NCBI GenBank assembly: GCA_963422645.2
Contig: CAXXVO010000006.1
Span: 128,001-192,000, forward strand
Direction: 5' to 3'
Origin: Alphaproteobacteria bacterium
Lineage (GTDB): Bacteria > Pseudomonadota > Alphaproteobacteria > UBA828
Length of the DNA: 64,000 nt
The notes under the pieces were generated by a model. The model had not been told where the DNA came from and did not search any database. It saw only the letters and a program-made list of their open reading frames with translations. Positions 1 through 10,431 of this stretch are shown here, in pieces (position 1 is the stretch's first letter; every line of letters starts with the position of its first letter). The position numbers and the translations under genes were made by a program.

Positions 1-3000
1 AGCCGGTCGACACGGGCCATGGTGATGCGATGGTGGGTGACGACGATGAAGCGGGTGTCGGTCTCGGCGGCCAGCTTCGCGATGAGCATGCAGAAGCGCC
101 CCACGTTGCTGTCGTCGAGGGGCGCGTCCACCTCGTCGAGCACGCAGACCGGCGCCGGGTTGGTGAGAAACGCGGCGAAGAGCAGCGCGATGGCGGTCAG
201 CGCCTTCTCGCCGCCGGAAAGCAGCGAGAGCGATTGCGGCCGCTTGCCGGGCGGGCTCGCCACCACCTCAAGCCCGGCCTCCAGGGGGTCGTCCGAATCG
301 ACCAGCGCCAGATGCGCATTGCCGCCGGCGAAGAGCTCCGTGAAGAGCTTTCGGAAGTGCCCGTCGATCGTGCTGAACGCAGCCAGCATCCGCTCCCGTC
401 CCTCGCGGTTGAGGCCGGCGATGCCCCGGCGCAGGCGCCCGATCGCCTCCAGCAGGTCGGCGTGGGATTCCTGCATCTCCCGAATGCGCTCGTCGAGCTC
501 CCTCGCCTCCTCCTCCGCCCGCAGGTTGACGGCGCCGATGTTCTCGCGCTCGCGGATCAGCCGCTGCAGCTTGATCTCCACGGCCTCTGCATCGGGCAGT
601 TCGGCATCGGGATCGATTTCGGCAATCTCCTGCGCCTGCTCCGGTGCGACACCGAGACGCTCCGTGATCTGGGCGCCGGCAACCGTCTCCGCCTGCCTGG
701 CCTCGGTCAGCAGGCCGTCCAGCCGGGCCGCAGCCTCGCGCGCCTCCCCCAGTGTCGCCTCGGCCCGCTTGAGCGCGGCGGCCGTCTCCTTCGCCTCCCG
801 CTCGGCGCTCGCCAAGGCATCGACGGCGCTGCGGTGCTCGCCCTGCGCCTGCTCGATCGTGCTCAGAAGCCCGGCGCGCCGCGCCTCGAGTTCGGCCGGC
901 CGCGCGTCGAGGTCGGCACCCGCCGCCTCGGCCTCGTCCTGCCGTTCGGCGAGTTCCTGCAGGCGCCGCCGCGCGCTGGCCGCGCGCGAGGTCCAGCCCT
1001 CGCTTTCACGCGCCAGCTCGGCGATCCGGACGCCGCGCCCGTCCGCCGCCTGCGCCACCTGGTGGTGGCGCCGCGCCGTCTCCTCATGTTGCGCGCGCAG
1101 GTCCACGAGGGCGGTGCGCAGCCGATCGCTCTCGTCCTCGCCCCCGGCGCCTGCTGCGGGCAGCGCGTCCAGCGCAGCGCGGGCGGCACGCTCCGCCTCC
1201 GCGCTCTCGGCGATCTCGTGTTCGAGTCGCGCCGCGCTCTCGTCGAGCGCGGCGAGCCGTGACCGCGCCGCCGCAACCTCGGCCGAGGCGGCCGCGCGTG
1301 TCTCTCGTGCGACCCGCAAGGCCTCGGCCGCGTCGTCGACCGCCGTCCGGGCGCGATCGCACGCGCCTTCCGCGTCCGTCCTGGCCGTGGCTGCCGCGGC
1401 GGCGGCGTGCTCGGCCCTGCGTTTCTCGCTCTCGGCCCTGGCGCAGGTCTCGGCCAGCGCCGCGACCCGGTTGCGCGCTTCCAGCCGGCGGGCTGCGGCC
1501 GTCGGCGCCTCGGCGGCCACCGAGAAGCCGTCCCAGCGCCAGAGCGAGCCTTCCCGGCTCACCAGGCGTTGGCCGGTGCGAAGCTTCGCCTGCAGCCGGG
1601 CCCCCTCCGCCTCCGCCACCACCCCGATCTGGGCGAGGCGCGCGGCCAGCGCTTCCGGCGCACGCACCATATCCGCCACCAGCGGCGCGGCGCCTTCGGG
1701 CAGCGGCGCAGCCTCGCCCGCCCGCTCGAGCGTGCGCCAGTGGACCGGTGCGTCGGTGTCCGTGCTGGCCTGAAGGTCGTCGCCGAACGCGGCACCCACG
1801 GCCGCCTCGAATCCGGGTTTGACCGTGACCCGATCCCAGAGCGCCCGGCCGGGGCCCGCGGCCGGGTCGTCGAGCAGCGCGGTGAGGGCCGCGCGTTCGG
1901 CCTCGTTCCCTGCAAGCGCGGCATCGGCCTCCCGCAGCGTCTCGCGCAGCGCACGTTCGCGGTCCACGGCCTCGGCCCGCGCCGCCTCCGCCTCCCGCAG
2001 CGCGGCGCGCGCGGCCTCGAAGCGTGCGACCTCGGCCTGCTCCGCCGCCTCGGCCTCCCTCATGCGGCCGTCGGCTGGCGCACCCTGCTCCAGCGCGGCG
2101 CGCTCGTCCCTTGCGTGGGAGAGGTCGTGCTCGAGCCGCTCCCTGCGTTGCCGGGTCTCGTCGATCCGCCTGCCGAGCGCCTCGCGCTCGGCCTCCGCCC
2201 GCGCCCGCGCCCCGGCCAGCGCCGCAAGGCGCTGCTCCACCGCCTCGACCTCGGCGCGCGCTGCCTCCCGCGCGGTGCGCGCCGCAGCCTCGGCTGCGGC
2301 ATCGCCTTCGGCCGCCCGGGCGAGCCTTTCGTGGGCCTCTCCCACACGCTGCTGCGCCGCTTCGGCATCCTGGGCGAGCGCCTGCTCGCGTTCGATATCG
2401 GCGGCAATCTGCGCGCGCCTGCCCGCATTCTCCTCACGCGCACGGGTGACGCGCTCCTCCTCCTCCGCCAGCCGCTCGTGCTCGATGCGCAGCCGGTGCA
2501 GGGCGGCGGCGCGCTGGGCCTCCTGCTGCCGCCCTTCCGGCAGAAGCGCGGCAGCGTCCGCCTGGCGGCTCGCGGCCCTGGCGGCGGTCTCGGTCGCCTC
2601 CGTGACCCGGCGGGCGGCGTCATCCGCCTCTTGCGTCACCGCCTCGACGCGGCTGCGGGCCGCCATCCAGCGCACCAGCAGCAGCGCCGCCTCGGTCTCG
2701 CGAATTCGCTCGGAGAGGCGCTTGTAGCGCTTGGCATGGCGCGCCTGACGCTCAAGGTCGCGCAGCTGGGTCTCCAGCGTGCCGATCACGTCCTGGAGGC
2801 GCTCCAGGTTGGTCTCCGCCGCCCTGAGCTTGAGCTCGGCCTCGTGCCGCCTGGCGTGCAGGCCGGTGATGCCGGCCGCCTCTTCGAGCAGGGCCCGGCG
2901 CTGGGTCGGCTTCGCGCCGATGATGTCGCCGATGCGCCCCTGGCCCACCAGCGCAGCGCTGTGCGCGCCGGTGGCGGCGTCGGCGAAGAGAAGCTGGACG

Positions 3001-3377
3001 TCGCGCGCACGCACGTCCCTGCCGTTGACCGTGTAGGCCGAGCCTTCGCCGCGCTCGATGCACCGCGTCACCTCGATCTCGGCTGCGTCTCCGAGCCCGG
3101 GCAGCGCTCTCCGGTCCGGGTTATCGAGGCTGAGCGTGACCGCGGCGAGGTCGTACGCCGGACGGCGAACAGTGCCGCCGAAGATCACGTCCTCCATGCC
3201 GCCGCTGCGCATCTGGCGGGGCGCAGTCTCGCCCATGACCCAGCGCATCGCCTCGACGAGGTTCGACTTGCCGCAGCCGTTGGGGCCGACGATTCCGGTC
3301 AAGCCGGGCTCGATGTGCAGCTCCGTCGGCTCGACGAAGGACTTGAAGCCCGCGACCTTGAGCTTCGTTACGTGCAC
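1..3377 (-). CDS. smc: Chromosome segregation protein SMC (3' end runs off the window)
   Basis: Not in the ORF track. Minus strand from GTG at 3377 reads VHVTKLKVAGFKSFVEPTELHIEPGLTGIVGPNGCGKSNLVEAMRWVMGE (Walker A), then a long coiled coil, then LSGGEKAL, VLDEVDAPLDDSN and FIVVTH near position 1. Confidence 0.95.
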   Translation of the reverse strand, partial: MHVTKLKVAGFKSFVEPTELHIEPGLTGIVGPNGCGKSNLVEAMRWVMGETAPRQMRSGGMEDVIFGGTVRRPAYDLAAVTLSLDNPDRRALPGLGDAAEIEVTRCIERGEGSAYTVNGRDVRARDVQLLFADAATGAHSAALVGQGRIGDIIGAKPTQRRALLEEAAGITGLHARRHEAELKLRAAETNLERLQDVIGTLETQLRDLERQARHAKRYKRLSERIRETEAALLLVRWMAARSRVEAVTQEADDAARRVTEATETAARAASRQADAAALLPEGRQQEAQRAAALHRLRIEHERLAEEEERVTRAREENAGRRAQIAADIEREQALAQDAEAAQQRVGEAHERLARAAEGDAAAEAAARTAREAARAEVEAVEQRLAALAGARARAEAEREALGRRIDETRQRRERLEHDLSHARDERAALEQGAPADGRMREAEAAEQAEVARFEAARAALREAEAARAEAVDRERALRETLREADAALAGNEAERAALTALLDDPAAGPGRALWDRVTVKPGFEAAVGAAFGDDLQASTDTDAPVHWRTLERAGEAAPLPEGAAPLVADMVRAPEALAARLAQIGVVAEAEGARLQAKLRTGQRLVSREGSLWRWDGFSVAAEAPTAAARRLEARNRVAALAETCARAESEKRRAEHAAAAAATARTDAEGACDRARTAVDDAAEALRVARETRAAASAEVAAARSRLAALDESAARLEHEIAESAEAERAARAALDALPAAGAGGEDESDRLRTALVDLRAQHEETARRHHQVAQAADGRGVRIAELARESEGWTSRAASARRRLQELAERQDEAEAAGADLDARPAELEARRAGLLSTIEQAQGEHRSAVDALASAEREAKETAAALKRAEATLGEAREAAARLDGLLTEARQAETVAGAQITERLGVAPEQAQEIAEIDPDAELPDAEAVEIKLQRLIRERENIGAVNLRAEEEARELDERIREMQESHADLLEAIGRLRRGIAGLNREGRERMLAAFSTIDGHFRKLFTELFAGGNAHLALVDSDDPLEAGLEVVASPPGKRPQSLSLLSGGEKALTAIALLFAAFLTNPAPVCVLDEVDAPLDDSNVGRFCMLIAKLAAETDTRFIVVTHHRITMARVDR

Positions 3378-3392
3378 GGCCCTGCGCTCCGT

Positions 3393-4013
3393 CTACGACC
3401 CCGCGAGGAGACGGTCGATGTGCTCGGAAAGCGCATCGAAGGACATCTGGCCGTCGTACGTCTCGCCGTTGACGACGAGCGTCGGTGTCCCGCTCACGTC
3501 GTATTCGGCCTGGCCGTCGGCGATCGATTGGAAAATCGCGCTATCGAGGTCCTGGTCCGCGAGGCAATCCGCGAACCGATCCCGGCTCACGCCGCCCAGC
3601 TCGCCGATCTGCGCGAGCTTCTCACTGTAGTCGTACGAGCTCGCCCAGTCGTCGAAGGTCTGAAAGAGCACGTCGATGAAGGTGAAGTAGCGCTCCCGAC
3701 CGGCGCAGTGGGCTAGCACCGCCGCCTGGAAGGCGGGCGCGTTGAGCGGGAAGTCGCGCGCCACGAAGCGCACCTTGCCGGCATCCACGTACTCCGGCTT
3801 CAGCCGGTTGTAGACCTGCTTGTGGAACCGCTCGCAGCTTGGGCAAGTCAGCGAAAAGAACTCGATCACGGTGACCGGTGCGTCGGGGGCGCCGACCGCC
3901 ATGTCGCCGGGCTTCTCGCCGATGCCGGCGGCGCGGGCGGGCGCGAGCGGCGCCAGCATCGCTGCGGCTGGAAGCGCCGCCATCGCTCCAACCAGGAAAC
4001 GTCTCGATATCAT
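3393..4013 (-). CDS. DsbA-family thioredoxin-fold protein
   Basis: Tat-like SRRFL leader, GAPDAPVTVIEFFSLTCPSC (CxxC), RDFPL and GTPTLVVNG motifs; sits directly upstream of smc. Confidence 0.9.
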   Translation of the reverse strand: MISRRFLVGAMAALPAAAMLAPLAPARAAGIGEKPGDMAVGAPDAPVTVIEFFSLTCPSCERFHKQVYNRLKPEYVDAGKVRFVARDFPLNAPAFQAAVLAHCAGRERYFTFIDVLFQTFDDWASSYDYSEKLAQIGELGGVSRDRFADCLADQDLDSAIFQSIADGQAEYDVSGTPTLVVNGETYDGQMSFDALSEHIDRLLAGS

Positions 4014-4023
4014 GGAGATATCC

Positions 4024-4815
4024 TCATCCGTTGATGTCGCATCCGAGGAAGGTCCGCCCCTTCTGCCGGCACGCCTCCATGACCGAGAACGAGCCGGCCG
4101 CAGGATCGATGACCACGTCGCCCGGATTGCTGACAGCCTCGATCAGGGCGCTCTGGAGCCCCACCGGCTTCGGATGGACGCGGTCGCGCTTGCCGACGGC
4201 CTCGCTCCACACGTCCGGGATGGTATGGACCTTCCACACGCCCTTGGCCTTGCGCGGCGCCTTCTGCAGCACGATCAGGTGCTCGCTCGCGCGCCTGGTG
4301 CGGTAGCCCATGCCGATCCGCTTCTTGTGCCACGTCACCATGTCCACGATCTCGAGCGACGTGCCTTCGAGCCAGCCGCCGATCCCGGTGCAGAGGTGAT
4401 ACTTGTCGGTCCAGAGGAAGAGATGGCCGCTCGGCATCAGGCAGCGGTCGATTTCGCGGATGAACGACGGGATTTCGTCGGTCATCTGCGGCAGGGAGGA
4501 TCGGCCGGCGCCCCGGAGCACGCCCTCGTTGCCGTAGGCGAGATGGTCGAGCACGCCGCGATACTGCGGGTCCAGGAACGCCACGGGAACGGAACCGGCG
4601 GGCAACAGGCCGAGGAAGCGCAGCCCTTCCATCTCCAGCCGGCAATCGAAAGCGAGGCCCGGCGGCAGCGCCAGTGGCGGCTGGTCAACCTGCCGCACGG
4701 AAGAGAACACCGAGACGCTTCCCGTGCTCGGCGGCTCGTGCAGCGGTGTGGCGACTTCCTCCACCATTCGGGCCGGACTGTACGCCCGCCCGCAACGAAA
4801 AGTATAGTTCTGCAA
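4024..4815 (-). CDS. Orphan N6A/N4C DNA methyltransferase, beta-class motif order (start uncertain)
   Basis: FLDPQY (DPPY-like catalytic motif) precedes HPKP, VIDPAAGSFS (SAM-binding) and RTFLGCD. Confidence 0.85.
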   Translation of the reverse strand: MQNYTFRCGRAYSPARMVEEVATPLHEPPSTGSVSVFSSVRQVDQPPLALPPGLAFDCRLEMEGLRFLGLLPAGSVPVAFLDPQYRGVLDHLAYGNEGVLRGAGRSSLPQMTDEIPSFIREIDRCLMPSGHLFLWTDKYHLCTGIGGWLEGTSLEIVDMVTWHKKRIGMGYRTRRASEHLIVLQKAPRKAKGVWKVHTIPDVWSEAVGKRDRVHPKPVGLQSALIEAVSNPGDVVIDPAAGSFSVMEACRQKGRTFLGCDING

Positions 4816-4894
4816 GTCGCAGCCCCCGCCCGACGCGCAATTGCTCGGCGGAACGCTGCGATATCATTCGATTTATGCGTGCCTTATCAATAGA

Positions 4895-5362
4895 TTACCT
4901 TCCATGCGGGCGGGCGAGGACCGCCCGGCCCAGAGCCGCGAGGGCCGACTTCAGACGATGGTCCCGGGTGGAATCGACGGCACTTTCGACACGCGCGGCC
5001 GACTCCGAGTCGATTTTCGGCGGCGTCCGGCGCTCCGAAACCCTTGCTGGCTGTGGCGATGGCGCGCGGTTTACATAGGCGATCCGCGTCACCGCGCGGT
5101 AGCCGTAGAAGGCGGCGATCCGCTCCAGAATCTGGGGTTCGAGATGCTGAAGCTCGACCGCGACCGGCCCGGAGACGCAAACCCTGAGCGTGCCGTCCCG
5201 CCCCAGGCGCTCGGGCCACGAAGAGGCGGCGACCGCCTCGCCCACGATCGCCGGCCATTCGGTGGCGATCCCCGCCGCCACCAGCCCGCGCGCCTCGAAG
5301 GACTTGGCGGTGATCTTGCCGATCAGCGAGGAGAGCGGCTTGGTCTGGCGGGGTACGCGCAT
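4895..5362 (-). CDS. DUF721 / DciA-family protein
   Basis: WPAIVGEAVA...GTLRVCVSGPVAVELQHLEPQILERIAAFYGYRAV; ATG at 5362, divergent from mutY. Confidence 0.85.
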   Translation of the reverse strand: MRVPRQTKPLSSLIGKITAKSFEARGLVAAGIATEWPAIVGEAVAASSWPERLGRDGTLRVCVSGPVAVELQHLEPQILERIAAFYGYRAVTRIAYVNRAPSPQPARVSERRTPPKIDSESAARVESAVDSTRDHRLKSALAALGRAVLARPHGR

Positions 5363-5437
5363 GGCTGATGCGATGAGTCGCAGGGTCCGAACCAGGGGTG
5401 TACGCCCTCCGGCGCCGGCTGTGAAGCGCCGCCGGCC

Positions 5438-6550
5438 ATGAGCGCCGCCGGGCCCACCTCGCCCGCCTCCCTGGCCCGGACGCTGCTCGACTGGTACGAC
5501 CGCCATCGCCGCCGGCTGCCCTGGCGCGCCGCTCCCGGCGTGCGGCCGGACCCCTATCGGGTCTGGCTCAGCGAGATCATGCTGCAGCAGACCACCGTTC
5601 CGGTTGTCGCAGGCTATTTCCAGCGTTTCCTGGAGCGCTGGCCGACCCTCGAATCGCTCGCGCATGCCGAGCTCGACGATGTGCTCCATGCCTGGCAGGG
5701 GCTCGGCTACTACGCCCGCGCGCGCAACCTGCACGCCTGCGCGCGGCTCTTGCTGGCCGACCACGGCGGGCGCTTCCCGGCCGAGGAGAAGGCCCTGCAG
5801 GCCCTGCCGGGGATCGGGCGCTACACCGCTGCGGCGATCGCCGCGATTGCCTTCGACCGGCCGGCGACCGTGGTCGACGGCAATGTCGAGCGGGTGATCG
5901 CCCGCCTGCGCGCGCTCGAGACCCCCTTACCGGCGGCCAAGCCCAGGCTCTACGCCCTCGCCGCCGAGCTCACGCCCCCCGGCAGGCCCGGCGACTACGC
6001 GCAAGCCCTGATGGACCTCGGCGCGGGCGTCTGCACGCCGCGCAATCCAGGCTGCCTCGCCTGCCCCTGGCAGAACGCCTGCGAGGGCCGCGCGCAAGGC
6101 ATGGCGAAGAGCCTGCCGCGCCGCGCGCCCAAGCCAGAGCGCCCGCTGCGCCACGGCGTCTCCTTCTGGCTCATGCGCGCCGACGGCGCCGTGCTGCTCC
6201 GCCGCCGGCCGGACGAGGGCCTGCTCGGCGGGATGATCGAGCTGCCGACCACGCCCTGGCGGAACGAGCCCTGGGACCTGGCCGAAGCCTCGGCCCATGC
6301 GCCGCAGCCGCTGACGTGGCAGGCGCTGCCGGAGCCGGTCCGCCACGGCTTCACCCATTTCGAGATCGAGCTGCTGGTGGCCGCCGCCGAGACCGAGGAA
6401 ACGCCCGCCAACGCGGACGAGGGCGCAATCTGGTGCCCGCCCGCGCGCTTCTCGGAACACGCGCTCCCGACGCTCACGCGAAAGCTCGTCCGTTACGCGG
6501 CGCAGCACCGGCCGGGCCCCGCGAAGAAACCGCAGGGCGGGTCCGGCTGA
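5438..6550 (+). CDS. mutY: A/G-specific adenine glycosylase
   Basis: WLSEIMLQQT, WQGLGYYARARNLH, HhH motif LPGIGRYTA, VDGNVERV, Fe-S motif C-TPRNPG-C-LA-C-PWQNA-C, NUDIX-like C-terminus. Confidence 0.96.
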   Translation: MSAAGPTSPASLARTLLDWYDRHRRRLPWRAAPGVRPDPYRVWLSEIMLQQTTVPVVAGYFQRFLERWPTLESLAHAELDDVLHAWQGLGYYARARNLHACARLLLADHGGRFPAEEKALQALPGIGRYTAAAIAAIAFDRPATVVDGNVERVIARLRALETPLPAAKPRLYALAAELTPPGRPGDYAQALMDLGAGVCTPRNPGCLACPWQNACEGRAQGMAKSLPRRAPKPERPLRHGVSFWLMRADGAVLLRRRPDEGLLGGMIELPTTPWRNEPWDLAEASAHAPQPLTWQALPEPVRHGFTHFEIELLVAAAETEETPANADEGAIWCPPARFSEHALPTLTRKLVRYAAQHRPGPAKKPQGGSG

Positions 6551-6611
6551 GAGCATCCGCGTCCGTGGTAGCATCGCCGCGCATTTCACGGTCGGCGAAG
6601 GAGCCGCACGG

Positions 6612-8081
6612 GTGGCGGCAAGCGGACGCAGAGCGGAAAGAGAAAAGGGAGCACGGCTCTCGCCGACTCGCATCCGCGAGGCGATGCGCCGCGCCGCGCG
6701 CCACGCCCGGACGGGGCGGCTGGCGGAGGCGCACGAGCTCTACCGCAGGGTGCTCGCCGCCCGGCCCGACCACGCGGAGGCGCTGAAGGCCTGCGCGCTC
6801 GTCGCTTTCCGGCTCGATGCCGTGGACGAGGCGGCGATGCTCCTGCATCGGGCTGTCGCCCTCGACGACGCCGACGCCGGCGCCCACAACGATCTCGGCA
6901 ACGTGCTCCAGGCCGCCGGCCGGCTCGACGCCGCGCTCGCCGCCTACCGCCGCGCGGTCGCGCTCGACCCGGAGCGGGCCGAGACCCGCGGCAATCTCGG
7001 CCAGGCGTTGCGCGTCAAGGGGGACCTCGACGGCGCCGCCGAGGCACTGGGCCGGGCTGCCGAGCTCCGCCCCGACCACGCCGGCACCTGGCTCCGCATC
7101 GGGCTCGTCCGTCACGCCAAGGGCGATCTCGACGAGGCCGCGCACGCCTTCCGTAAGGCGATCGCCATCGAGCCCGAGCTTGCCGAGGCCTGTTTCGCGC
7201 TCGCTAACGTGCTCTATGCCCAGGGCCGGCTCGACGAGGCTCTCGATTCCTACGCGCAGGCCGCAGCGCTCAGGGCGGATATCCTCGACGCCTCGTTCGA
7301 GGTGGGGAAGCCCCGCCACGTCCACGCCCATCTCGATCGCGGAGACCCCGGAGCCGCCGTCGCCGCGTGCGACGACCTGCTGGCACGGCATCCCGGCCAG
7401 AGCGGTGCGCTCGCGATGAAGGCGGCCGCGCTCTGGGAGGCGGGCGAGAAAGGCGCGGCGCAAGCGCTACTCGATTTCGACCGCCTGCTCCGCCCCCAGC
7501 GCTGCGCACCGCCCGCCGGCTACCCCGGCATGGCGGCCTTCAACGCGGCATTATCCGGGATAGTCCGGGATCATCCGACCTTGCGGGCGGCGCCGGAGAG
7601 CTACTCCATGGAGCGCGGACAAAGCACCGGCGAGCTGCTGCCGGGTCGCGGCGCTACGGCCGCCTTCGGCGCGCTGGTGGCGGACGCGGTGGACCGCTAT
7701 CGCGATGCGCTGCCGCAGGATCCCGGCCATCCCTTCCTCGCCGACTTCCCGGACCGCGTCAGAATCACGGCCTGGGGTGTCATCCTCGACGAAGGCGCCT
7801 ATCAGGTGCCCCACATCCACCCCTCGGCGTGGCTCAGCGGGGTCTACTACGTGGCCCTCCCCCCTGCCCTCGGCGCCGACGACGACGGGACAGCCGGGTG
7901 GATCGAGTTCGGCCGGCCCTACTGGGACTTCCAGATTCGGGCGGAGCCCGAGACCCGCCTGATCGAGCCCGAAGAGGGGCTGATGCTGCTCTTCCCCTCC
8001 TACATGTTTCACCGCACCCTCCCCTTCGCAGGCTCCGGCGAGCGCATCAGCATCGCCTTCGACGTGCTCAGGGGAGAGTGA
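6612..8081 (+). CDS. TPR-repeat protein with C-terminal putative 2OG-Fe(II) oxygenase domain
   Basis: Multiple TPR units (AHNDLGNVL, NLGQAL), then HIHPSAWLSGVYYV...LLFPSYMFHRT...RISIAFD. Confidence 0.85.
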   Translation: MAASGRRAEREKGARLSPTRIREAMRRAARHARTGRLAEAHELYRRVLAARPDHAEALKACALVAFRLDAVDEAAMLLHRAVALDDADAGAHNDLGNVLQAAGRLDAALAAYRRAVALDPERAETRGNLGQALRVKGDLDGAAEALGRAAELRPDHAGTWLRIGLVRHAKGDLDEAAHAFRKAIAIEPELAEACFALANVLYAQGRLDEALDSYAQAAALRADILDASFEVGKPRHVHAHLDRGDPGAAVAACDDLLARHPGQSGALAMKAAALWEAGEKGAAQALLDFDRLLRPQRCAPPAGYPGMAAFNAALSGIVRDHPTLRAAPESYSMERGQSTGELLPGRGATAAFGALVADAVDRYRDALPQDPGHPFLADFPDRVRITAWGVILDEGAYQVPHIHPSAWLSGVYYVALPPALGADDDGTAGWIEFGRPYWDFQIRAEPETRLIEPEEGLMLLFPSYMFHRTLPFAGSGERISIAFDVLRGE

Positions 8082-8110
8082 GGGCAGCGACGAGCCACGG
8101 GAGCGACACC

Positions 8111-8956
8111 ATGAACGAGCAAGGGCATCTCCCCCAGGAGGCCGGCTACAATTTGCGCCTGCGTCACCCGGAATTCGAAGACTACTTCGTGGTGTGGGAG
8201 GCCGAGAGCGTGCGGGTGCGCGAGGCCCTCCCCTGCACCCTCGATGTCCGCTACGGCGCGGGCCCCAACATGACCGCCGACCTCTTCCCGGCGCCGGCGG
8301 TTGGCGCGCCGATCCAGGTCTTCATCCACGGCGGATACTGGCGCGCCATGGACAAGGACGTGCACTCCTTTCCCGCCGAGGGCTTCGTGAAGGCAGGCGG
8401 CGCGGCGGTCTCGCTCAACTACGCGCTGGCACCGGCGGTGACCCTCGACACCATCGTCGAGCAATGCCGCACCGCAATAGAGTGGATCGCCGACAACGCC
8501 GGCCGGCTCAACGGCGATCCGGACCGCATCTTCGTCTCCGGCCACTCCGCCGGCGGCCACCTCACCGCCATGATGCTCTGTACCGACTGGGCGGCGCGCG
8601 GGCGTCCCGCCGGCCTGGTGAAAGGCGGCACCGCGATCTCCGGCATCTTCGACTTGGCGCCGATCATGGAGACCAGCATCAACGACGACGTCCGGCTGGA
8701 TGCCGAAGCGGCCGCGCGCAACAGCCCGATCCATCATCTGCCGCAGACCGGCGCGCCGCTGATCGCGGCAGTCGGCGCGGCCGAAACGCCCGCGTTCGTC
8801 GCCCAGAACCGGGCCTTCGCCGAGGCCTGGCGGGCGCGCGGGTTCGAGGCCACGGTCATGGAGATCGAGGGCCTCCACCACTACAACGTGGTGAGCGAGA
8901 TGGGCCGCCCCGGCAGCGCCCTCTCGCAGGCGGCGCTCGCCCAGATGGGGCTGTAG
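8111..8956 (+). CDS. Alpha/beta hydrolase, arylformamidase (kynurenine formamidase)-like
   Basis: FIHGGYW, GHSAGGHL nucleophile elbow, SGIFDL; ATG at 8111. Confidence 0.85.
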   Translation: MNEQGHLPQEAGYNLRLRHPEFEDYFVVWEAESVRVREALPCTLDVRYGAGPNMTADLFPAPAVGAPIQVFIHGGYWRAMDKDVHSFPAEGFVKAGGAAVSLNYALAPAVTLDTIVEQCRTAIEWIADNAGRLNGDPDRIFVSGHSAGGHLTAMMLCTDWAARGRPAGLVKGGTAISGIFDLAPIMETSINDDVRLDAEAAARNSPIHHLPQTGAPLIAAVGAAETPAFVAQNRAFAEAWRARGFEATVMEIEGLHHYNVVSEMGRPGSALSQAALAQMGL

Positions 8957-9086
8957 AGGAAGGGACTTCGTCCGCGAAGCGCCCGATGCCGCCGGGCGTG
9001 CGAACGACGGGCTTGCCGAAGCGATGCGGGAGCGGTAGGGCAAGGCCCGGCGGCCCGATTGGCCGCCGAATTTCACGAGGTGCGCC

Positions 9087-10274
9087 ATGACCCTAAGCCG
9101 CGGCCGCGATTTTCTGGCCCTTCCCGGACCCACCACCGTGCCCCACGAAGTGCTCCAGGCCATGCAGCGGCCGGCCGTCGACATCTACGGCGAGGAGCTG
9201 ACCGCCGTCACCGACAGCTGCCTCGACGATCTGCGCCGCGTCTTTCGCACGGAACAAGGCCGCACCTACATCTACATCGCCAACGGCCACGGCGCCTGGG
9301 AGGCTGCGCTCTGCAACGTCCTCTCGCGCGGCGACAAGGTGCTGGTGCTGGAGAGCGGGCGCTTCGCAATCGGCTGGGGCGAGATGGCCGAGCCGCTTGG
9401 CGTCGAGGTCGAGGTGCTCGAGTCGGAGCCCCGGCGGGCGGTATCGCCCGAGGCGCTGGAGCAGCGCCTCCGCGCCGATAGCGCGGGCGAGATCAAGGCC
9501 ATCCTGGTGGTCCAGGTGGACACCGCCTCCGGCATCGTGAACGACATCCCCGCGCTGGGGGCTGCCATCGAGGCGAGCGGCCACGATGCGCTCTTCATGG
9601 TCGATGCCATCGCCTCGCTCGGCTCGATGCCCTTCGAGATGGACGACTGGGGCGTCGATGTCGCCGTCGCCGGCGCGCAGAAGGGGCTGATGATGACGCC
9701 CGGCCTGAGCTTCATCGCGGCACGGGAACGGGCGCTGGCCGCCCACGCCAATGCCGGGCTCCGCACCCGCTATTGGGACTGGACCGTGCGCGAGGGCGAT
9801 CTCCACTACATGAAGTACTGCGGCACGCCGCCGGTGCACTTGCTCTTTGGTCTGCGCAAGTCCCTCGACATGCTCTTCGAGGAAGGACTGGAAAACGCCT
9901 TCCACCGCCACGAGCTCCTGGCCGGCGCGACCCAGGCGGCGGTCGAGCGCTGGTCGCAAGGCGGGGTGCTCGCCTTCAACGTCCCGGAGCGTGCCGAACG
10001 CTCTCCCACCGTGACCACGATCCTCATGGACGAGCCCGCGCTCAGCCGCCTGCTCGACTGGTGCTATGAGGTCTGCAACGTGAGCCTCGGCATCGGGCTC
10101 GGGCCGCTCGGGGGCCACGCCTTCCGCATCGCCCACATGGGCCACGTAAACGCACCCATGACGCTCGGCACGCTCGGCGCCATCGAGACCGGCCTCGCCG
10201 CGCTCGACATCCCCCACGGCAAAGGCGGCGTCTCAGCCGCCGTCGACTATCTCAGCAGCCGCCTGAAAGCATAA
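9087..10274 (+). CDS. Class V PLP aminotransferase (serine/alanine-glyoxylate type)
   Basis: LPGPT, NGHGAWEAA, VDAIASLG, GAQKGLMMTPGL, FRIAHMG. Confidence 0.9.
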   Translation: MTLSRGRDFLALPGPTTVPHEVLQAMQRPAVDIYGEELTAVTDSCLDDLRRVFRTEQGRTYIYIANGHGAWEAALCNVLSRGDKVLVLESGRFAIGWGEMAEPLGVEVEVLESEPRRAVSPEALEQRLRADSAGEIKAILVVQVDTASGIVNDIPALGAAIEASGHDALFMVDAIASLGSMPFEMDDWGVDVAVAGAQKGLMMTPGLSFIAARERALAAHANAGLRTRYWDWTVREGDLHYMKYCGTPPVHLLFGLRKSLDMLFEEGLENAFHRHELLAGATQAAVERWSQGGVLAFNVPERAERSPTVTTILMDEPALSRLLDWCYEVCNVSLGIGLGPLGGHAFRIAHMGHVNAPMTLGTLGAIETGLAALDIPHGKGGVSAAVDYLSSRLKA

Positions 10275-10286
10275 GCCTGGAGTGTC

Positions 10287-10430
10287 CTACTGCGTCGACG
10301 ATTCTTGGGTCGGCGCGGGGCCGGTGCCCGAGGGGTCGTCGTCGGCCGGCTGCCTGAGGAACATAGCCAGCGCAATGAGGACCGCGCCGACGAAGAGCGC
10401 GACGGCGGCGTCCCTCAGGAAGCGCTTCAT
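10287..10430 (-). CDS. Small putative membrane protein
   Basis: MKRFLRDAAVALFVGAVLIALAMFL has one hydrophobic helix; GGAGG RBS upstream; abuts the next ORF. Confidence 0.45.
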   Translation of the reverse strand: MKRFLRDAAVALFVGAVLIALAMFLRQPADDDPSGTGPAPTQESSTQ

Positions 10431-10431
10431 G

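Noticed and set aside
19-3716. Long plus-strand ORFs (584, 410 and 769 aa)
   Set aside because: Antisense shadows of smc, which is missing from the ORF track because it runs off the window.
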